Of a DNA stretch of 64,000 bases, positions 58,018 through 64,000 are shown in pieces (the first letter of the stretch is position 1; each line of letters begins with the position of its first letter). The position numbers and the translations under genes are program-made. Origin of the DNA: Chlamydiota bacterium (GTDB lineage: Bacteria; Chlamydiota; Chlamydiia; Chlamydiales; RGXB01). The stretch is from assembly GCA_947494155.1 (NCBI GenBank), contig CANLTW010000004.1:1-64000 (forward strand), given 5' to 3'. The notes beneath the pieces are model-generated. The model had not been told where the DNA came from and made no database searches. It saw only the letters and a list, made by a program, of their open reading frames with translations.

Positions 58018-60099
58018 ATGCATACAGTATCAAATTTTTTGGCACCAGTCGAGGATCCAACCCACCACCCCTCTTACATACACTATAGAAACCGCGTTCT
58101 CGATGGGGAAACGGATCAGTTAAGAAAACTTTTTGAAATTATTGCTTACACCGGAACGAGTATCCCGTCTGTACTAGAGAAAGATCGTGTTCTTTACGAA
58201 GAGATCCAAAATAGGATGGGATCAAGATGGGTCTGTTTGGCTACGGAATCCTCTATCGCCTCCCAGATGACAAAGGATTTTTCTGTCCCCGTCTGGAAAA
58301 ATAGGAAGTTTGAATTGCTTAAAATGGATTTGGAGGACGATCAATGGGAATTCTTTAGCTCACTGGAGGCCTATTTGGAGGACGAAGGGATCGAGGGGCT
58401 AAAAAAAGTTTTTCAAGATCCGCAACTCAAAAGTTTTCTTGCAAATCATCCTCAGGAGTGGATTCTTTCTGTTTATAAGATGTTTCCTGAGGCCAAAGAG
58501 ACGATTGAAGAAAACTTTCACATCTCTTTAAACGTTGAGGCTAGAAAAAGCCATGAATGGAAACAGGCATTAGAGGCATTATATGACAATCTTCTACAAA
58601 ATCCAGAGAATACGGCCTCATTACTTAGGAGTTTTTTGAGGCAAACAGGCGAGGGGGGATTAGAGAATCTTTTTTTAGAAAAGCCCATACAAGATCTGCT
58701 TTTCCAAAATGAGGAGGTTTTTTGGATTCCAGAGGTTCTTAAAGAGTTTCCTCAGGCATGGGAGAAAATTGAGGCTCAAATCTCCAAACTCTGGCTGACC
58801 AACCCAGATCTGTTACAGTTTCTTGAAAGAGATAGCGACTGGTTCAAAGCCCTCAAAAAGGGGGCGTTTACCACTACACCGCTGCTTTTTCTTTCCGATT
58901 ACGCAAAAAAGGGAAAAATATCCTATCAAAAACTTGATCCGGGAGTATTGCATAAGATTTTTTTGCAAGAGGCTTATCATCCTATTTTGCATAGTGACAA
59001 AAACTATCCATGGATCCCTTTTTACTTATCCCATCTCCCGGAAAATGTGCAGCTGGTAGAGGCTTTTATCGCAAAAAAATGGAAAGACGATCCTGCATTC
59101 TTCGAGGTAGTGCGAGAATCCAACCTGTGGTTAGAGGCTTTAGTGAAGACGCTCCGTCAGTCTCGAGAACCCTCTGCGTTTTTGTTTTTTGTCGATTTAA
59201 TTAGACTATCTTGTGATTTGAAAGGGTTGAGTCCGGAAAAAACCAGACATTTTCTTTTGTACCTTCCCGATTGGATGTTAGCTAAATTTGGGAAAGCGCC
59301 CTTTTATAAAGATAAAAACGACTCATTTCGCGAGGTTATCAAAGACCTTTGTGAAAAGACAACGCAAAGGACTTTAGAGGAAAAAGCGTTGTCCATCGAG
59401 TGGTGCAGGCTGGTCAAAAATCTCCATCCGATAGCCCTCATTGAGCTTTCTAAAATGGTGCCCGCGCACCAGCTTGCCTCAAGATGGATCCCTTCGATGG
59501 AGCTTCATCAGCTATTATTACTCATCCCTTTACTGGAGCTGGCCCCTTTCAAAACTGTTTTTAATGAGCTTTTTTTAGAGGAGCATCCAAGAGCCTTGAT
59601 GTTTGCGACCGAGATGCAAAAGGAGTTTTACGCTAATGTATTCGCCTACGCTTTTGATCAGGACTTTCAGAACACTTTTCCACTACAAGAGCAAACGATA
59701 GAGGCGCTTAACGGCTTTCTTTTGAGAAAAAGGACCGCTCTTAAGTCTATTCAAGCCCTTTATAGGAAAAAACCTCAAAATATTGCCCAGTGCCTCTCTT
59801 TGCTTGAGGGGAAACTGGAGCAGATTGAGAGGGGAGTATCACCCCTTTTCTTGCAGGAGATCCGTTTAGAGGAATTGGTGCAAGAGTGGAAAAATACTTC
59901 TCTATCCGAATCCCAAAAAGTCTCGTTCGAGGTCCCTTTGAAACCGGTAGATAGCACACGCCCCTTGGAGTTAGAAAATGTCTCTTCAACGGAAAGCGAG
60001 CATCCTGAGGGGCATTTTTTCTCCTCCAAGGAGACTGTGATTCTCCCGAAAGTCTCCATCCCGCGACTCCCTTTGGAGCGGTTAGAACGGGACTCTTAG
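58018..60099 (+). CDS. Large hypothetical protein with three internal helical repeats
   Basis: 693 aa. The pattern L..lF...l..lL...WI..v...fP...iE...W..AL recurs three times. Confidence 0.6.
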   Translation: MHTVSNFLAPVEDPTHHPSYIHYRNRVLDGETDQLRKLFEIIAYTGTSIPSVLEKDRVLYEEIQNRMGSRWVCLATESSIASQMTKDFSVPVWKNRKFELLKMDLEDDQWEFFSSLEAYLEDEGIEGLKKVFQDPQLKSFLANHPQEWILSVYKMFPEAKETIEENFHISLNVEARKSHEWKQALEALYDNLLQNPENTASLLRSFLRQTGEGGLENLFLEKPIQDLLFQNEEVFWIPEVLKEFPQAWEKIEAQISKLWLTNPDLLQFLERDSDWFKALKKGAFTTTPLLFLSDYAKKGKISYQKLDPGVLHKIFLQEAYHPILHSDKNYPWIPFYLSHLPENVQLVEAFIAKKWKDDPAFFEVVRESNLWLEALVKTLRQSREPSAFLFFVDLIRLSCDLKGLSPEKTRHFLLYLPDWMLAKFGKAPFYKDKNDSFREVIKDLCEKTTQRTLEEKALSIEWCRLVKNLHPIALIELSKMVPAHQLASRWIPSMELHQLLLLIPLLELAPFKTVFNELFLEEHPRALMFATEMQKEFYANVFAYAFDQDFQNTFPLQEQTIEALNGFLLRKRTALKSIQALYRKKPQNIAQCLSLLEGKLEQIERGVSPLFLQEIRLEELVQEWKNTSLSESQKVSFEVPLKPVDSTRPLELENVSSTESEHPEGHFFSSKETVILPKVSIPRLPLERLERDS

Positions 60100-60158
60100 T
60101 TTTTCAAGAGGGGATGTAGGGCAAGCTTTTTTTGCCCATAAAAACCAGGGGAGGAAAA

Positions 60159-62384
60159 TTACAGGTTTTTTAGGAGAGCAAGCTCTAAAGGGAGAAATTG
60201 CTGTAGGGGGATCGTGCGCCCTTTTTTAGAGTGTTTATCGATCAGCTCTCTTAAAGTGGGAAAATGGGAAAATGGGGCAGTTGATGCCCCAAATGCATGC
60301 TGAGGTGTTGTGGTCAATGAGGGTTTAGCAAGCCAATCGTAAAACTGAATAACAAGGGGGTGGTTAGGGTTATGAAGGTTTTCAATCAACTCCAGAGCCT
60401 CTTTTTGCCCCAGCGTCTCCAAAGTTTTTGTTTTCATCAAATAAAAGGCGATAAGGCTCTCCCCGTCTTTCAAGTCGATGCAGGGGGGTACTTCAAGAGT
60501 TTGAAGAAGCTCATGAATTGCCGGGGTGTTTTTAGGGAGCAGATGATACTTCAATACAATCAGCGCAAAAAGATAAGGACCTAGGCGCCCCTCTTCTTTG
60601 GATTGTTCTAGGCGAAAAAGGATCTCCTCCTCAATAAGGATCAGTTGCGCATCGTTTCTAAATAAATTTAAAGCAATCTCGTAACATTTAGCCTCCTCAC
60701 CCACCTCATGTAATTTGCGGTAGCTTAACCCCTTTCCAAGCCATTCCAGGATCCCTTTTTGCGTTTTGTGCAGTTTTTCGAAAGCCTCAAAAGCCTCATC
60801 GGTTCGATTGAGCTCTAAAAGGGTGAGACCGCTTCTGAACGTAGCAATAAGACCCTCGGACCTCCGTTCAAAAGAGTGGCTGATTTTTTTGTACTCTTCC
60901 AAGGCTTTTTCATATAGCCCGTTAGCAAAAAAAGTGTCTGGGATGGTCAAGCATCCGATTCTTGCATTGTAAGATCCACAAGAGACGGAAAAGCTTTTCA
61001 TTTTAAACTGCAGATCTTTGTAGACTAGACCCACATGTGCTCCCGTTACAGGCAAAAAGATGGGGACAACAAAAAGGGTTTTACCCCCGATTTTCAGTTG
61101 GATCGATTCGTAAAGTTTTTCTATTTCTATCTCTAGACTTACCCCCTCCTGGACTTGGGGAGCGCAGAGGGTTTTTAGAACGATTCCGGCACGCAACAGC
61201 CGCACCTGGTTTGGGGCAATCCAGACAGTCAAGCCGGAGTCTAGACCTTTTTGCTCCATTCTATGGGCAACACCAAGTAAAAATCCTACCCCCTCGTTCC
61301 CTTTTTCTAAAGTAATATGCGCTTCAAGCTTCACGTTTCCCGGAAAAAGCGTTGAGGAAAGCATGTAGATAGCCCAATCTTTGGTCTGTTTTAAAACCAC
61401 GGTTTCTTGCAATTCCCAGTCCGATGGGTTTTTGGGATCCAATCGGGCAGCAAAAACCCAATCGGCTTTCCCTTCGAAATACTGCTCTAAATCAGAAATC
61501 ATCTCCTTGAGGTTTTGGTAGCGGTGCTCTTTCTTGAAAGAGAGGCAACGCATAGCGATTTTTGCAAGAAGGGGGGGGATTTCACGCATCGGTGCGACAT
61601 CTATGGGATCTAAAATCTTTTCCTCTTGGGCCTGTTGTTTAAACATCTTCACCGACTGCCTTTTAAAAGGGTGTTTCAAAGTGAGGATTTGGTATAGTAT
61701 GACACCCAAGGAGTAGATATCGCTTTGCACGCTGTCGAGTTTCTCCAAGATCCTCTCGGGTGCCATATAGGTGATGGTTCCCACAATTTTACCCACGCGT
61801 GTTAAGTCGGGATGGGATTTTAAGACCGGCATGTCATCGAAAGATTCCTCATTCATATCGGCATACTCGGCAAGTCCGAAATCGTAGATAAGCACCTCGT
61901 TGAATGGGCCGATCAGAATATTTTCGGGTTTCAGATCCCGATGCAAAACCCCCTTTGAGTGTGCATACTGAACGGCATGGCAGATTGTCAGAAAATCCCT
62001 TACTAGATGGATTGTCGAGGCTTTAGACTGTCGGTAGCTAGCCAAAAGAGTTTTAAGAGTTTTGCCCTGAATGAAGGGCATTATATAGAAAAGATCTTGA
62101 AAATTTTCCTCGATGGAATAGACACCTAAAATGGCAGGGTGAGTAAGCTGAGCCGCTATTTTTGCCTCTTTCAGGAAGCGTTGGCGAATCAGAGGGATCC
62201 CATGCATTTCGGGGCGGATCCTTTTGAGGGCAACATCCCTTTCGGTTTTAGGGTCATAACAAAGATACACCTCCCCCATGCCACCCTTGCCGATAAGCTC
62301 TTTGACCTCATAGTGGCCAATCGTCTTAGGGGGTTTTGTCAAAGGGTGCAGGGATTCCTTAGAGCTTTCGACTTCTCTGTCCAT
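60159..62384 (-). CDS. pknD: Hanks-type Ser/Thr protein kinase PknD with TPR-like C-terminal region
   Basis: IGKGGMGEVY, VALKRI, HRDLKPEN, DFG, GTITYMAPE. Near valS, as recalled for Chlamydia. Confidence 0.85.
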   Translation of the reverse strand: MDREVESSKESLHPLTKPPKTIGHYEVKELIGKGGMGEVYLCYDPKTERDVALKRIRPEMHGIPLIRQRFLKEAKIAAQLTHPAILGVYSIEENFQDLFYIMPFIQGKTLKTLLASYRQSKASTIHLVRDFLTICHAVQYAHSKGVLHRDLKPENILIGPFNEVLIYDFGLAEYADMNEESFDDMPVLKSHPDLTRVGKIVGTITYMAPERILEKLDSVQSDIYSLGVILYQILTLKHPFKRQSVKMFKQQAQEEKILDPIDVAPMREIPPLLAKIAMRCLSFKKEHRYQNLKEMISDLEQYFEGKADWVFAARLDPKNPSDWELQETVVLKQTKDWAIYMLSSTLFPGNVKLEAHITLEKGNEGVGFLLGVAHRMEQKGLDSGLTVWIAPNQVRLLRAGIVLKTLCAPQVQEGVSLEIEIEKLYESIQLKIGGKTLFVVPIFLPVTGAHVGLVYKDLQFKMKSFSVSCGSYNARIGCLTIPDTFFANGLYEKALEEYKKISHSFERRSEGLIATFRSGLTLLELNRTDEAFEAFEKLHKTQKGILEWLGKGLSYRKLHEVGEEAKCYEIALNLFRNDAQLILIEEEILFRLEQSKEEGRLGPYLFALIVLKYHLLPKNTPAIHELLQTLEVPPCIDLKDGESLIAFYLMKTKTLETLGQKEALELIENLHNPNHPLVIQFYDWLAKPSLTTTPQHAFGASTAPFSHFPTLRELIDKHSKKGRTIPLQQFLPLELALLKNL

Positions 62385-62912
62385 AAAAAAACTATCGCAC
62401 GAACAGGATCAACTTGGCAAGAAACACCTGAGTTTTCTTTCTCCTATTGGATAGCAATCTTTGAGTGTGATACCGACAACCCCCTTTTTTTTGAAAAAAG
62501 AGTTTAAAAATGGGGTGATGACCCTATCACGCGCGCATTGAGAGATTTAAAAAAAGGGGGAGGGGATTCAGATGTGACCGTAACAAAAACAACAAAAGGC
62601 GATGTTGTGATTGATATTGAATAATAAAAGTTTGTCGGCCAAACCTTTTTTAACACTCCTCTTTAACACCTTTCGAAGATCGCCAGCTCAGGGGGCAGTC
62701 GCACATACTAAATGCTTAAACAGCGGTTTTTGAAACTAACAAATTGACAAAGAGCGGATTATAAAAAATGTAAAATACCCCTTTTAAATAAATATAAAAT
62801 ATTTTATTTATTAAATTATAGTAAGTGCGTTGAAGCCGCAGGGGTTTCCATCGCGCGCGAAGTAAAAAAAAACTATTTTTTAACGAGTGTTAAATTTTAA
62901 AAAGGGATTTAT

Positions 62913-63137
62913 ATGCCAAGAAAACAAGCAAAAGCTCCTAATGTTAACCCCAAACAGCCGCAAGAACCAACTAAGCGTGGTGGTGTTGGAGATATTGTTG
63001 AAAACCAATATAATTTTTTTATTGGGGGGGGAAGCACTGGTAGTGTAAACCAACCAGGTAATTTAATAGGTGACGATGGGACAGACCCCAATGAGCGAAG
63101 TGGAACTGCTCCAGGTGCACCTAAGGGGTCGTTCTAA
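62913..63137 (+). CDS. Small Gly/Pro/Asn-rich peptide, 74 aa, with internal KRGG
   Basis: RBS aaaggg, followed by a strong hairpin. Occupies the same position in its cassette as 63655..63816. Confidence 0.65.
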   Translation: MPRKQAKAPNVNPKQPQEPTKRGGVGDIVENQYNFFIGGGSTGSVNQPGNLIGDDGTDPNERSGTAPGAPKGSF

Positions 63138-63161
63138 ACGATTTATAACGTTTATTGCACC

Positions 63162-63202
63162 AAAAAAATCTCTAGAGGCTCTGCTTCTAGAGATTTTTTT
63201 TT
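63162..63202. terminator. Bidirectional terminator hairpin, cassette 1
   Basis: aaaaaaatctctaga/tctagagattttttt 15 bp perfect arms. A second hairpin tctcccgaaaa/ttttcgggaga lies at 63206..63238. Confidence 0.75.
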
Positions 63203-63654
63203 CCCTCTCCCGAAAATGGAAAAAACCTTTTCGGGAGAATCTTCTAGATTGGAGGTTCTTTAAAAAAGCGCTCAGCGAGTGTTTAATTAGCTTACAATCC
63301 CATTTTTTTAACCTGTTGCAGGAAATAGCCAAAAATAGCGATTTGGAAATGGGAATTTTTAGTGGCGCTCGCACTTAAAGACATCTCCATTTTTGCCCAA
63401 GGTTCAGCTCTAACTTGGCTTAATAGGAGTTCGCCTCTTAGGGGAGTTTAGCTAGGAAGAATCCGGAGTAGTGGTTTTGAACGCAAGGAATTCAACTAAA
63501 GCATATTATAAAAAAAATTAAAAATTTATAGAAAATAAATGTAAAATATTTTATGTAATAAATAACAGGGAATGTGATGGGTGCGTTGACGATCCTATCG
63601 CAATAAAACATTCAATAAATTGTTAAATTTTATTAAAAGGAATTCGTGGATTTT

Positions 63655-63816
63655 ATGGGAAAAAAACAACAAAAAGGAGCTCTATCAGCTCAAAGACTAC
63701 GTGGTGGCAAGAAAGAAGTGACACAAGATCTCGCGGGGGAGGAAACAACAAAAAAACCCGGGAAAGCTCCAGTTTCAGATCAACCTTCTTGTGGCCCAAG
63801 CACAGAGAGTTACTAA
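63655..63816 (+). CDS. Small peptide, 53 aa, with internal RLRGG (not in the ORF track)
   Basis: MGKKQQKGALSAQRLRGGKKEVTQDLAGEETTKKPGKAPVSDQPSCGPSTESY, translated by hand. Same cassette position as 62913..63137. Confidence 0.65.
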   Translation: MGKKQQKGALSAQRLRGGKKEVTQDLAGEETTKKPGKAPVSDQPSCGPSTESY

Positions 63817-63840
63817 TATACCATTGTGAATTTATTGCAC

Positions 63841-63882
63841 CAAAAAAAATCTCTGGAGCACTGCTTCTAGAGATTTTTTTTG
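63841..63882. terminator. Bidirectional terminator hairpin, cassette 2
   Basis: caaaaaaaatctct...agagattttttttg inverted repeat. Confidence 0.7.
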
Positions 63883-64000
63883 CCCAATTACCAAGAAGGG
63901 AAATAATCTTTTTAGAGGAGCATCCTAAATAGGAAGTTTAAAAAAGCTCTAAACCGGTGTTAATTTTAGCTCTAAGCCCCTTTTTTTCAAAAAGTTGTCG

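Larger units (their letters stand above)
62680..63310 (+). repeat. Copy 1 of a diverged tandem cassette (upstream region, small ORF, hairpins)
   Basis: Shares aaataaat.taaaatattttat, gtgcgttga, tgttaaatttta and tttattgcaccaaaaaaa...tctct...ctgcttctagagattttttt with copy 2. Confidence 0.75.
63430..64000 (+). repeat. Copy 2 of the tandem cassette, running to the window end
   Basis: Same ordered blocks as copy 1. Confidence 0.75.

Noticed and set aside
63063..63378. Two overlapping ~100-aa ORFs on opposite strands
   Set aside because: They read through palindromic hairpins and are not evidently preserved in the second cassette.
62680..64000. Cassettes as a CRISPR array or type I toxin-antitoxin repeats
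   Set aside because: Only two long diverged units, with no regular short repeat-spacer pattern and no cas genes. The peptides are hydrophilic, unlike type I toxins.

Overview
A 64 kb chromosomal segment from an environmental member of the phylum Chlamydiae. The assignment rests on gene order that I recall from Chlamydia: LOG-family/MYG1/HIT/HEAT block; sufE-infA-tRNA-Thr-tuf-tRNA-Trp-secE-nusG-rplKAJL-rpoBC; tal; V-type ATPase E-C-A-B-D-I-K; lipoprotein; valS; pknD. The core backbone is interrupted by accessory, effector-like genes, many as tandem paralogs: two ADP-ribosyltransferase-fold candidates, two LOG-family proteins, two alpha/beta-hydrolases, three Inc-like hairpin proteins, two GT25 glycosyltransferases and two small-peptide cassettes. 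The most notable signals are: (i) an AvrB/AvrC-like Fido-fold protein just after rpoC; (ii) a two-gene, eukaryote-type NDP-rhamnose pathway in which both enzymes carry signal-peptide-like N-termini, which with (i) suggests an exported rhamnosylation system (inference only); (iii) a tandemly duplicated ~0.7 kb cassette at the right end, each copy encoding a short peptide with an RGG motif, one being RLRGG; (iv) a sulfatase/LtaS-LRR fusion and a serpin. I found no CRISPR array, rRNA gene, transposase or integrase. All family calls come from motif recognition by eye, with no database searches.
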